In this document: piece after piece, positions 11,115 to 20,728 of the stretch
Position numbering within the stretch: position 1 is the stretch's first letter
Layout: each line of letters starts with the position of its first letter
Assembly: GCA_965204565.1 (NCBI GenBank)
Contig: CBDBEU010000005.1
Coordinates: 442,200-506,199 of the forward strand
Source: Hyphomicrobiales bacterium
GTDB lineage: Bacteria > Pseudomonadota > Alphaproteobacteria > Rhizobiales > TMED25
Length of the DNA: 64,000 nt
Reading direction: 5' to 3'
Translations under genes and position numbers: made by a program
The notes under the pieces: model-generated
What the model saw: the letters and a program-made list of their open reading frames with translations, nothing else
Database searches by the model: none
Told to the model about the DNA's origin: nothing

Positions 11115-12530
11115 CTATTGGTGCAGCACCACGATCTCGACCGGATCGTCGATGCCCTCGACTTGGCTGGTCTGGCGCACCGGATCGCCCGGCGGCTGAT
11201 AGCCTTGCGCTGCATCATAGGCCTCGGCGGTAGTCACCGCGCGACTGCCCAGCAACTTGTTGTGCTTTTCGAGCTTGGCGGCGAGGTTCACCGGCGCACC
11301 GATCATGGTGTATTCAAGCCGGGTTGAATCGCCCAGCGCACCGAAAATCACCGGCCCCACGGCAACGCTGGCATTGACATTGAGCTCGGCCATTTCCGCG
11401 CTGTCACTCCTGTCGACCCAGCTTTGCGCCTCCTCCATCACCGCATCCAGCGCGCGCAGCGCGTCGGCGGCATGCGAGCGGTCTTCGGAAAGCGCGTCAA
11501 AGGTCGCCATGATGGCATCGCCCATGAACTTGTCGATAATACCGCCATTGGACTGAATCACCGGTACCAGACGGCGCTCATATTGCGCTAGCAGCGTCAT
11601 CACCGCGTTTGGCGGCAGCGTTGCGGCCAGTATTGAAAAGCCGCGAATATCGACAAACAGGATTGCGGCGTAGCGCTGCATGCCTTCACCCGCCGCGACC
11701 TGATGTTTAGCATCGCGGATCTGGGCTGCAACATTGGCATCGAAAAAACGCGAAAAATCGCGCGCCGCGGTCTCCTCGGTGACCGCCTGAACCAGCGTCG
11801 TGCGGGCGCGCCGGGTCACCAGTGTCAGAATGGTGGTAACCGCGAGGATCGAGACGATCTTGTCGATTTCGGCGCCGATCAGCACAAAATTGCCGGTAAT
11901 ATAAGCGACGTAATCGCGCGTGATCATGTTGTTGGTCTCGTCGACCACCATGGCGTAGACAAACAGGATGATCCAGCCGATCGCCGCGGTCAGCCCGGTG
12001 GCCACGACGAATCTGGCGCGAAAACGGAATGCCCTCAGCGCAATGAAGATGAACACATAAAGCAGGGTCGGGGCTTTCAGATAGAACGATGCCGGCTGCT
12101 CATACTGGAGATGAAAGCCCCAGATCATGGCATAGAGCACGGTGATGTCGATCAGGATCGATACATACACCGACCAGTCTGGAAGCCGCGCGCGCAGCGC
12201 CCAGCCAAGCCCGAACACGGTCAGCACGAAATAGATGCCGATGACGTATGGCGCCAGCGCAAAGGCGGTGCCTGCATGGGGCTTGGGCGAGACCATATAG
12301 AGCGAACCGAACAGCGACACGATAGCAAGCTGGAACAGGCGCAGCAGCACCTCGGCGTCATCCTCATGGCGTTCGATTCGCGCGGCCACGCGCTCGGGGA
12401 TCGCGGGCATCTGCCCGCGCCAGGTGGTGCGTGCAATGACCCGCTTGAGATTTCTCCAGGCGCTGCCACCATCAGCCGGTTCAAGGGCGTGCTCAAGAAC
12501 GGGCGGGTTGCTTTTCAAGTCGGTGATCAT
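11115..12530 (-). CDS. Membrane-anchored class III adenylate/guanylate cyclase
   Basis: The N-terminal half is multi-TM. The C-terminal cyclase motifs are 'AAILFVDIRGFS', 'DKFMGDAIMATF' and 'LEYTMIGAPVNLAAKLE'. Confidence 0.88.
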   Translation of the reverse strand: MITDLKSNPPVLEHALEPADGGSAWRNLKRVIARTTWRGQMPAIPERVAARIERHEDDAEVLLRLFQLAIVSLFGSLYMVSPKPHAGTAFALAPYVIGIYFVLTVFGLGWALRARLPDWSVYVSILIDITVLYAMIWGFHLQYEQPASFYLKAPTLLYVFIFIALRAFRFRARFVVATGLTAAIGWIILFVYAMVVDETNNMITRDYVAYITGNFVLIGAEIDKIVSILAVTTILTLVTRRARTTLVQAVTEETAARDFSRFFDANVAAQIRDAKHQVAAGEGMQRYAAILFVDIRGFSILAATLPPNAVMTLLAQYERRLVPVIQSNGGIIDKFMGDAIMATFDALSEDRSHAADALRALDAVMEEAQSWVDRSDSAEMAELNVNASVAVGPVIFGALGDSTRLEYTMIGAPVNLAAKLEKHNKLLGSRAVTTAEAYDAAQGYQPPGDPVRQTSQVEGIDDPVEIVVLHQ

Positions 12531-12627
12531 CGAGACTTAAGTCTCCGCCGATGCTGGCCGCGGTCCAATCACGCCCGATCAAGCCTTCGTCTGCCGCACG
12601 GGCCGGCACGAGTTTTGGCGCTGGATG

Positions 12628-13545
12628 TCAGACCTCAAGCATCATGTTTTCGTGCGCTACAACAACGTCACGCCGCAGGGCGCTGGCCTCGCGCGCGACC
12701 GTGTCCATAAATGCATCGTCATGCATCGGATGATGGTGGAACAGCACCAGCTTTTGCGCGCCTGCGGCATCGGCAAGCTCCACCGACTGGCGCCAGCTCT
12801 GGTGTCCCCAGCCGGCGCAGGCATTGAGTTCTTCATCGGTGAACATGGAATCGACGATCAGAATGTCGGCGCCGCGCGCGACCTCGACCAGGGCCGGATC
12901 GGGACCATTGGGGCCAGCCTCGGTATCGGTGAGGTAACATACCTTGGCGCCGCCATATGAGATGCAATAGCCGGTCGCGCCTTGCGGGTGATGCAGGGCA
13001 ACGGTAGTGACCTTGATGCTCTCGGCCGGCTCGAAACTGTCGCCGGTCTTGAAGTCGCAATACTCGACCGAGGCGCGGAACACATTGGGTGTGACCGGAA
13101 AGAACGGCGGTGTCATGAATGCCGCCAGCATCGCCTGCACCGTCATGCCGGTCTCGAACTGTCCGCCCCACAGCCGCAATTTGACCGCCGGCAGATGAAA
13201 GGGGGCGAAGAACGGCAGGCCGCAGACGTGATCGAAATGGCTGTGGGTGAGAAAAATGTCGATCAGCTCGGGCGGGGTCTCGACCAGCGTCTCGCCGAGA
13301 TTGCGAATGCCCGAGCCGCCGTCGAGCACGATCAGATGATCGCCGCAACGCACTTCTACGCAGGCCGTGTTGCCGCCATAACGCAGATAGGTCAATCCGC
13401 TGCACGGAATGCTGCCACGAGTGCCCCAGAAGGTGACGCGCATTGCAGCACCGTCGGGATCGCCCTCACGCACGCGGCGATCAGTTTGCTCGGCCATAAA
13501 CATCATCCAGAATTTCCAGCCACTGCTATCGTCGCATAGCAGCAT
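12628..13545 (-). CDS. MBL-fold metallo-hydrolase
   Basis: 'THSHFDHVCGLPFF' (HxHxDH), 'LHHPQGATGY', 'LFHHHP'. The likely true start is ATG 13497 or the Met of 'MRVTFWGTRGS'. Confidence 0.8.
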   Translation of the reverse strand: MLLCDDSSGWKFWMMFMAEQTDRRVREGDPDGAAMRVTFWGTRGSIPCSGLTYLRYGGNTACVEVRCGDHLIVLDGGSGIRNLGETLVETPPELIDIFLTHSHFDHVCGLPFFAPFHLPAVKLRLWGGQFETGMTVQAMLAAFMTPPFFPVTPNVFRASVEYCDFKTGDSFEPAESIKVTTVALHHPQGATGYCISYGGAKVCYLTDTEAGPNGPDPALVEVARGADILIVDSMFTDEELNACAGWGHQSWRQSVELADAAGAQKLVLFHHHPMHDDAFMDTVAREASALRRDVVVAHENMMLEV

Positions 13546-13722
13546 AGCATAAGTGTCAAAATCTATTGCCGTCAGGCTCAGATACTACATTTCGGCGCCA
13601 CACTGTATGGAAGTGCCAAACTGCATGAGTGTGAAGGTGAGCATCAATCAATTAACGCTCCGTCAGCGCCAGCTGATGGGTGCCTAGTCGCCGATTGTGG
13701 CGCGCTGGAGCCGGGCCGGTGG

Positions 13723-14341
13723 TTGCGGCTCGTACATGCATCGAGCGGTCAGTTGGCGCGCCAGTTGATGACGGGCGCTGGGGCCGATCTTTTCATCGCC
13801 GCTGAGCCGCGCTGGACGCGTGAACTTGGCACGGCCCAAAAGGCTGGTGACAGTGCACCGGTGGCCCTGTTCACCGGCTCCCTGGTACTTATCGCGCCGC
13901 TGGAAAGCACCGTTTCGTTTGCGCCTGTTCCAGGGGCCGATCTGGCAGCGCTGATTGCCGATGGAAGGCTCGTCATCGGCGATCCGGCCCATGTGCCTGC
14001 CGGGGCCTACGCTCGAATGGCTGGGCGCATGGCAGGAGATCGCGCCGCGCACCGTCTTTGCCGGCAATGTGCGCTAGGCTCTGGCTTTCGTGGCGCGCGG
14101 CGAGGCAGCGCTCGGCATTGTCAATTTAAGCGATGCGCTGGCCGAGGCTCGCGAGCGCGTCGTTGCGGCATTCCCGCCGCCAAACCACAGGCCGATCGTC
14201 TATAGCGGCATCGCGATTACCGGCGGCGATCACCAGGTGGCGCGCCGGATGCTCGACCACCTGCGATCCGATGCGGCGGGCCCGCTGCTTGAGCATTATG
14301 GATTTGGCCCGCTTTTACGGCAAGACGGCGCGCCATCATGA
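13723..14341 (+). pseudogene. modA: Molybdate ABC transporter substrate-binding protein, 5'-truncated and frameshifted
   Basis: 'HASSGQLARQLMTGAGADLFIAAEPRW', 'IGDPAHVPAGAYA', then a frame change to 'RGEAALGIVNLSDA...FPPPNHRPIVYSGIAI'. No signal peptide or N-terminal domain is present. Confidence 0.75.
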
Positions 14342-15024
14342 TGGCGCTTGGACCGGTTGAGCGCGAGGCGCTGATGCTGTCGCTGCAGGTCGCTTCGTGG
14401 TGTCTGGTCGCCGGTCTGCTGCTGGCGCTCGGGCTTGGCATGTTGCTGGCGCGGGCGCGGTTTGCCGGAAAAGCGATCATTCATGCGCTGGTGCATTTGC
14501 CGTTGGTGCTGCCGCCGGTGGCCACCGGCTATCTGATGTTGATCCTGTTGGGGTGCAAAGACCCGCTGGGCGCGTCTCTGGAAGACTGGTTCGGCATCGG
14601 CATCGCCTTTCGTTGGACCGATGCGGTAGTGGCGGCAATCGTCATGGCGCTGCCCTTGATGGTGCGGCCGATCCATCTGGCGCTGGAAGCGGTCGACCGT
14701 GACCTTGAAGAGGCCGCACGCACGCTTGGCGCGGGCCGGCTTGCGGTGTTTGCCACCGTCACCCTGCCGTTGGCGATGCCGGGCATTACCGCTGCGGCGA
14801 TACTGGGCTTTGCAAGGGCGCTCGGCGAGTTTGGCGCCACCATCACATTCGTTGCTAATATTCCCGGCGAGACCCGCACCCTGCCGCTCGCCATCCATAC
14901 CGCGCTGCAAATTCCGGGCGAGGAGGGATAGGCGCTGCGGCTGACGGCGCTGGCAATCTCGGTGTCGGCGGTGATCGCCTCTGAACTGATTGTCCGGCGC
15001 ATCGCCCGGCGGATTGCCGCATGA
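14338..15024 (+). pseudogene. modB: Molybdate ABC transporter permease with an in-frame TAG 31 codons before the natural stop
   Basis: The ORF is ModB-like up to 'FVANIPGETRTLPLAIHTALQIPGEEG'. TAG is at 14929-14931. The same frame then continues 'ALRLTALAISVSAVIASELIVRRIARRIAA' to TGA 15022-15024, which overlaps the modC ATG (ATGA). Confidence 0.8.
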
Positions 15025-15865
15025 GCCCGGTGATCGAAATCGAAATCGCGCTGGAGCTCGGCAGCTTCGCGCTCAAGGCCAAATTTTCCAGCGATGCGGA
15101 AGTTGCTGCCCTGTTCGGTCGCTCCGGTGCCGGCAAGACCAGCATCGTCAAGGCCATTGCCGGATTGCTGCGGCCAACGCGCGGGCGCATCGCGTTTGCC
15201 GGAAAGGTTCTGTTCGACGCTGCCGCCGGCATCAATGAACCGGCGCGGCGGTGGCACATCGGCTATGTGTTTCAGGACACGCGCCTGTTCCCGCACATGA
15301 ATGTCAGCGCCAATCTTGCCTATGGCGGACGGGTTGCGCCCAAGCGCCCGGACAGGGCCGAGTGGGACCATGTGGTGGGGCTGCTCGGTCTTGAGGCGAT
15401 GCTTGAGTGCCGGCCGCGCGCGCTGTCGGGCGGCGAGCGCCAGCGGGTTGCGACTGCCCGCGCGCTGCTGTCGCAGCCCCGGGCATTGCTGATGGACGAG
15501 CCGCTGGCATCGCTCGATCAGCGCCGGCATGCTGAAATTCTGCCCTATCTCGACCATCTGGCGCGCGAGGCCTCAATCCCGATCGTCTATGTCAGCCATT
15601 CGCTGGACGAGGTGACGCGGCTCGCCGGCTCCATTGCGGTGGTGAGCGAGGGCCATATCGTCGCTGCCGGACCCGTGGAGGAGATCATGGACCGCACCGA
15701 TCTTTATCCGATCACCGGGCGCCATGAGGCAGGCGCGGTGGTGACCGCGCGGATTGCCAGCTACGACCAGCATTACGGCATGACCCGGCTCGATCTCGGC
15801 GGGGAGATCCTCAAGATCCCGCAAATCGGCGGCGCGCCAGACAACACGGTGCGGCTCTGGCTGCG
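15021..15865 (+). pseudogene. modC: Molybdate ABC transporter ATPase lacking the C-terminal TOBE region (deletion fusion with terC)
   Basis: Walker A 'GRSGAGKTS', signature 'LSGGERQRVA', Walker B 'LLMDEP'. The ModC-like sequence ends at 'VRLWLRAR'. The remainder of the ORF is antisense to terC. Confidence 0.75.
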
Positions 15866-16501
15866 GGCGCGGTTGCGCTGCGCCAGCAGGTTGAGGGCCT
15901 CGACCAGCATCGAAAAGGCGATGGCGAAATAGATGTAGCCGCGCGGGATATGGAAATGCAGGCCGTCGGCGACCAGCGCCACGCCAATCAGCAGCAAAAA
16001 GCCGAGCGCCAGCATTTTCACCGTCGGATGGCGGGAAATGAAGCCGCTCAGCGGTTCTGCCGCGATCGCCATGACGATAATGGAAATCACTATAGCGGCG
16101 ATCATGATTTCCAGATGCTCGGCCATGCCGACGGCGGTGATCACAGAATCGATGGAAAAAATCAGATCGAGAACCGCGATCTGCATCACCACAACCCCCA
16201 TCGAGGCCTTGACCGCGCTGGCGGCAGTGTGCGCTTCCTCATCGCCTTCCACCAAGGTGTGGATCTCCTGGGTGCCCTTGACCAGCAGGAACAGGCCGCC
16301 TGCCAACAGCACCACATCGCGCCATGACACGCTCTGTCCCAGAAGTTCGAATATCGGCGCGCCCTGCACGCCTGCTCGCGCGGTAGGCGCTGGGAGATGA
16401 TCGACAGGAAAACCACATTGTCGATGCCGAGCGCCACTTCTCAGCAGCGTCAGCGTCAAAAGGCTTGCCCAAGCGTTGGGATCGGTGAGGAGTTCAAGCA
16501 T
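15866..16501 (-). pseudogene. TerC-family membrane protein, frameshifted with an internal deletion
   Basis: 'MLELLTDPNAWASLLTLTLL' is followed by 'ALGIDNVVFLSIISQRLPREQA.RAR' in another frame (track ORF 16186-16437). A deletion follows, and the main frame resumes at 'APIFELLGQSVSWRDVVLLAGGLFLL'. Confidence 0.75.
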
Positions 16502-16572
16502 CTTGTTTGAGATAAGACGGTTCGCCGCCGCGATCCAGAATTAAGTGGAACACGCGTCGAGCGCGATCGGCC

Positions 16573-17646
16573 TCACATGAACGGCTTGGCCGGTGCGGTC
16601 AGCGCCGCGTGCAGCAGCACCGCGCCGAGGGTGAACACGGTGAGCGCGCCCAAAAGGGCAACAGCACGATAGAGAATTCCCACATAGCGCGAATTTCCGG
16701 CAAGGGCACGGGCAGCAATATCGCGCGATCCGACCGCCAGCATGGCAAGCGCGGCAACGGTGATTGCGGTACCCAGCGCCATCGCCAGGGTGGCGCCGAC
16801 GCCGGCGGCATAAAATCCCAGCGTGTGAGCGAAGATCAGCACCACAATGGCGCCCGAACAGGGCCTCAGCCCGATACCGGCAACGATCGGCGCGGCATTG
16901 GCGAGCGTCAACGGCCAGTCGGCCAGAGCCGGGTCCGGCATGTGGGAGTGGCCGTGCCCGCACGCATCGCCATGGGTATGATGGCTTGTTCTATGCGCAT
17001 TATTGGCGCGCGCCAACACCATCGGCGCGGCGACACGCCACACCAGCCACAGGCCAAGTGCGGTGATCATCACGTAGCTCACAATCTCAAGGTCGATGGC
17101 GAACCGCCGCGCCTCGCGTCCGGTGGAATTGAGCACAAACACAAAGCCGTAGACGGCTGCGATCGCGGTCACCGCCTGGGCAGATGCGGCAAGGGCGGCG
17201 AGGATCACACCGCGGCGCATGGAGCGCTGATTGGCCAGCATATAGGCGGCAATCACTGCCTTGCCGTGACCGGGGCCAGCGGCATGAAACACGCCATAGA
17301 CGAACGAGATCAGGATCAGCGTCCATGCGGTCTCAGCCGAATAGTCGGTCTTGAGCGCACGCACCGCCTGGCCGAGTTCCCGGTAATAACGCTGCTGGCG
17401 CACTCTGATTTCGGCCGTCAGGCGATCCAGCCATCCCCGCTCGGCCCCCAGTTTGGGCCCTGGCTTGGCCCCGGGCTGTGCCCCCGGCTTTTCCAATGTC
17501 TGCCCGCTGTTACCAGGTGCCGGTCCGGTAGACTGGGCCTTGGCTGGTGGTATTGCACAGGCCAGCAGGGTGAGAATGGCAATCGCGGCAAGGACGAGGC
17601 TGAAGCGTCTCACGAACCAGGTTCTTCCTGTCGCTGGCCGCACCAC
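16573..17646 (-). CDS. NicO/RcnA-like nickel/cobalt (metal) transporter family membrane protein
   Basis: 'VFHAAGPGHGKAV', a His-rich loop 'HRTSHHTHGDACGHGHSH', and 'GLRPCSGAIVVL'. It is paired with a DUF1007-like gene. Confidence 0.78.
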   Translation of the reverse strand: MVRPATGRTWFVRRFSLVLAAIAILTLLACAIPPAKAQSTGPAPGNSGQTLEKPGAQPGAKPGPKLGAERGWLDRLTAEIRVRQQRYYRELGQAVRALKTDYSAETAWTLILISFVYGVFHAAGPGHGKAVIAAYMLANQRSMRRGVILAALAASAQAVTAIAAVYGFVFVLNSTGREARRFAIDLEIVSYVMITALGLWLVWRVAAPMVLARANNAHRTSHHTHGDACGHGHSHMPDPALADWPLTLANAAPIVAGIGLRPCSGAIVVLIFAHTLGFYAAGVGATLAMALGTAITVAALAMLAVGSRDIAARALAGNSRYVGILYRAVALLGALTVFTLGAVLLHAALTAPAKPFM

Positions 17647-17667
17647 GGATTGGCGTTCACTGCGCCA

Positions 17668-18330
17668 TCAGCCATCGGCACCGCAGGCAAGGCTGATCTC
17701 ATCGGCATAGTCGCGACCGATATTGGCGCTCTGGTCGAAATTCATTATTTCCGCATCCGACAGCGACACGCCGGCGCCGTCAACCGATGGGGCCGATATG
17801 CTGACGCGGCAGAAATTGGCATCGACGCCCGAGACTAGAAGCGGCGCTTCCTCGACCAACTCGACCAGCACATAGAATGACGGATCATAAAGCCGCACCG
17901 AGACTGCCTCGACCGCCGGATCGACGGCGCGCTCGAGCGCCAGTTGCAACATCAGCACCATCTGTTCGTTTTCATAGGAATAGTCAAACGCCGTAACTTC
18001 GGTGGCGGGCACCCGGCCTGCTGCGTCCTCGACCTCCACGAACCAGTCGAATTCGGCCAGTGCCTCGGCGTTCTCAACCGCCAGCGCCTTGAGCTCATCG
18101 CGCTCGAATACGCCATTGCCGTTCTTGTCGAGACCTTCGATCAGGACCGCCGTGGTCAGCTCATCCAGCGCATAGCGCACGGTGATGGTGTCGAACCTGC
18201 GCGCCGCATCAAACGCCAGTGCGGCGCTGGCCTTGACCAGTACATGAGGGTGAGCAGGTGCCGCATCCGGGCGCAGTACCAGTAGCGGCAGCACCAGCAA
18301 TGCGGTGATCAGAGCGGTTGATCGGTTCAT
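17668..18330 (-). CDS. DUF1007-like periplasmic protein (partner of the NicO-type permease)
   Basis: Signal peptide followed by 'AHPHVLV'. Conserved pairing with the downstream permease. Confidence 0.75.
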   Translation of the reverse strand: MNRSTALITALLVLPLLVLRPDAAPAHPHVLVKASAALAFDAARRFDTITVRYALDELTTAVLIEGLDKNGNGVFERDELKALAVENAEALAEFDWFVEVEDAAGRVPATEVTAFDYSYENEQMVLMLQLALERAVDPAVEAVSVRLYDPSFYVLVELVEEAPLLVSGVDANFCRVSISAPSVDGAGVSLSDAEIMNFDQSANIGRDYADEISLACGADG

Positions 18331-18405
18331 CGGCCAAGTCCTCCCAGCGCAACAGATGGCAGAGCAATTATAGCACTGTCATGATCTTGTGTGCGCACCA
18401 AGCGT

Positions 18406-19149
18406 TCAGCCCTCTGGCGTTGAGGCACGGCCGAGATAGCGGACAACGGCCTCAGGCCTGCGTCCGGCGGTAAAATCAGCAGTACTCACCTGCGCGGCAA
18501 TAGCGCCATCTTCGATAAAGACATAGCGATCGACGAAGCCCGCCGCTTCTTGGGGCGTGTGCAGCACCATGATGATGGTGAGAGTGCGTGTGCGGCGGAG
18601 CGCGGCAATCAACTCCAGCATATCGCATCTCAGCGCCGGGTCGAGCTGGCTCAAGGGCTCATCAAGCAGCAGCACCCGGCGATCACGCACCAGCGCGCGG
18701 GCAAGGGCCACACGCTGGCGCTCACCCCCCGAAAGCGTACCCGGCATGTCCTTGCCGCGCCCTTCAAGACCGACCGAGGCGAGCGCGGCGTCGCGCCGGG
18801 CGATGGCCTCGCCATCGAGCCTGAGGCCCGGATCGATGCCAAGACCGACATTGTCGCCAACGCTCAAGTGAGCGAACAGATTGTAGTCCTGAAACAAAGT
18901 GGTGACCGGCCGTGCGGCGGGCGCAAGCGTGGTAATATCGCGCCCGTCGCTCAATACTGTGCCCGACCGGGGCGCGACAAAACCGCCCACCACATTCAAC
19001 AGCGTCGACTTGCCGGCACCGCTTGACCCGATCACCGCCAGCCATTCGCCGGCCGCGGCCTGAAGCGAAAACCGCGCCTCGAATGCACCAAGGGTGATGC
19101 GCACATCTTCAAGCTCAAGCACGCTTGTCGCCTCCGACAATGCGCTCAA
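18406..19149 (-). CDS. thiQ: Thiamine ABC transporter ATP-binding protein
   Basis: Walker A 'GSSGAGKST', 'LSGGERQRVALARA', 'LLLDEP'. It is the last gene of an operon headed by a TPP riboswitch. The track start is a TTG. Confidence 0.82.
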   Translation of the reverse strand: MSALSEATSVLELEDVRITLGAFEARFSLQAAAGEWLAVIGSSGAGKSTLLNVVGGFVAPRSGTVLSDGRDITTLAPAARPVTTLFQDYNLFAHLSVGDNVGLGIDPGLRLDGEAIARRDAALASVGLEGRGKDMPGTLSGGERQRVALARALVRDRRVLLLDEPLSQLDPALRCDMLELIAALRRTRTLTIIMVLHTPQEAAGFVDRYVFIEDGAIAAQVSTADFTAGRRPEAVVRYLGRASTPEG

Positions 19150-20728
19150 TGGTAACGATCATCAGCCCTGCCAGCAGCATCAAAACCGCAACGCCGACGG
19201 CGGCATCTTCCATGCGGTAGGCGCCCATGCGCTGATAGATGAGCAACGGCAGGGTGGTGATGTCGGGCGAGCCGAATAGCGCGATGACGCCGAGATCTCC
19301 CGCCGCCATGGTGGTGGCAACGCCAAGAGCCGTCCCGGCGGCCGGCCGCAGTCCCGGCCAGTCAACCAATCGCCAGCGCGCCCAGCCGCCAACGCCGAGG
19401 CTGAAGCACAGCCGATCATGCAGCGCGGCGGTGCGCCGCATGGCCGGACCCAGAAAGCGCAGGACAAACGGAAGGGCGGCGATTGCATTGACCGCGATCA
19501 CCAGAAATGGCGCGCTGGCGAACACATCGACATGTGCCCGCAGGGCAAGAAACAGCCCGGCGCCGAGCAGTACCGGCGGTGTCACCAGAATGATGCTGCC
19601 TGCGCCCTCAATGGCGGCGGCGGCGCGCATATGCCCCAGCCGCGGGCCCAGCTCGCGCACCGCATGCAACAGCCCCAGGCCGATGGCGAGCGACAAAACC
19701 CCGGCGGTGCAGGCGATGGTGGCGCTCCAGCCGGCAGCGCGCCACAGGGCCGGGTCGGCAAGCCGTGCGGGCGTCAGCGCCGCAAGGCTCGGGATGAGAA
19801 TGCCGGCAAGCGGCAATATGAAGATGAGCGCCGCCAGCGCAATTGCAGCGGCATCGGTGACGCACGGCCCAAGGTCTTTAAGATCAGGCCGCTCATGGCG
19901 CCCGCCCGATGGCGGCTTGATCGGCATATTTCGCGCCCAAGCGGCGATCATCGCGGCAAGCGTACCCGCCAGCACGATCTGTACCAGCGCCAACGCCACT
20001 GCCCGGTCGATATCGAATTCAAAGCGCAGCGCCTGATAAATTGCAACATCAAGGATCGTTGCTGCCGGACCGCCGCCAAGGGTGAGCACCACGGCAAAGC
20101 TGGTAAAGCACAGCGCGAAGATCACCGCCGCGGTGGGAAACAGCACAGCGCGCATCGCCGGCCACTCGACCAGGCGGAATATCTGGCGCTGGCCAAAGCC
20201 AAACTGTGCGGCCAGCCGCCAGGTCTCCGGCGTTATGGTCTCCAGCGCCCGCACCATGTTTCTAGCGGCAAACGGCATGTTGAAAAACAGATGCGCGATC
20301 AGGATGCCGGTCAGCCCGTAGATATAACTGCCGGGATCGAGCTCCAGCTGGGCGGCGGCGGAATGCACCCAGCCGGCGCGGCCATGCAGCTCGACGATGC
20401 CGAAGACACCGATGATTACCGGCGTTACGAAGGCAAGGCTTGCCAGCGCCAGCATCGCGCGTACCGGCAATAGATGCCGCCGGCGATGGGCCGCTCGGGC
20501 AAAGGGCAGCGCCAGGCAGATGGCGAGCAGCGTCGACAGGCCAGCCTGAAATACCGTGAAACCAGCAACGCGCAGGACGTAATTGTCCGACAGTGCGGCC
20601 ATCAGCGCGCCCCCGCTTGCACGACCGCCGAGCCCGGCCGCCGCGGTTGCAACCACCGCAGCAATTGCAGCCAGCGCCAGTGCGCCGGGCACAAACCGGC
20701 GGGAGGGCACTGGACCGGCAAAAGCCAT
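19115..20728 (-). CDS. thiP: Thiamine ABC transporter permease (double-domain)
   Basis: Long polytopic ORF (track 19115-20752). ATG 20728 overlaps the thiB stop as TAATG. Confidence 0.82.
   Translation of the reverse strand: MAFAGPVPSRRFVPGALALAAIAAVVATAAAGLGGRASGGALMAALSDNYVLRVAGFTVFQAGLSTLLAICLALPFARAAHRRRHLLPVRAMLALASLAFVTPVIIGVFGIVELHGRAGWVHSAAAQLELDPGSYIYGLTGILIAHLFFNMPFAARNMVRALETITPETWRLAAQFGFGQRQIFRLVEWPAMRAVLFPTAAVIFALCFTSFAVVLTLGGGPAATILDVAIYQALRFEFDIDRAVALALVQIVLAGTLAAMIAAWARNMPIKPPSGGRHERPDLKDLGPCVTDAAAIALAALIFILPLAGILIPSLAALTPARLADPALWRAAGWSATIACTAGVLSLAIGLGLLHAVRELGPRLGHMRAAAAIEGAGSIILVTPPVLLGAGLFLALRAHVDVFASAPFLVIAVNAIAALPFVLRFLGPAMRRTAALHDRLCFSLGVGGWARWRLVDWPGLRPAAGTALGVATTMAAGDLGVIALFGSPDITTLPLLIYQRMGAYRMEDAAVGVAVLMLLAGLMIVTIERIVGGDKRA

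Noticed and set aside
14929-14931. In-frame TAG codons (here and at 3833-3835) as possible stop-codon recoding or pyrrolysine
   Set aside because: There are only two cases. One lies in a gene that also has four frameshifts. Many ordinary genes in the window terminate or are delimited normally, and no pyl-type genes are seen. Simple nonsense mutations are the parsimonious reading.
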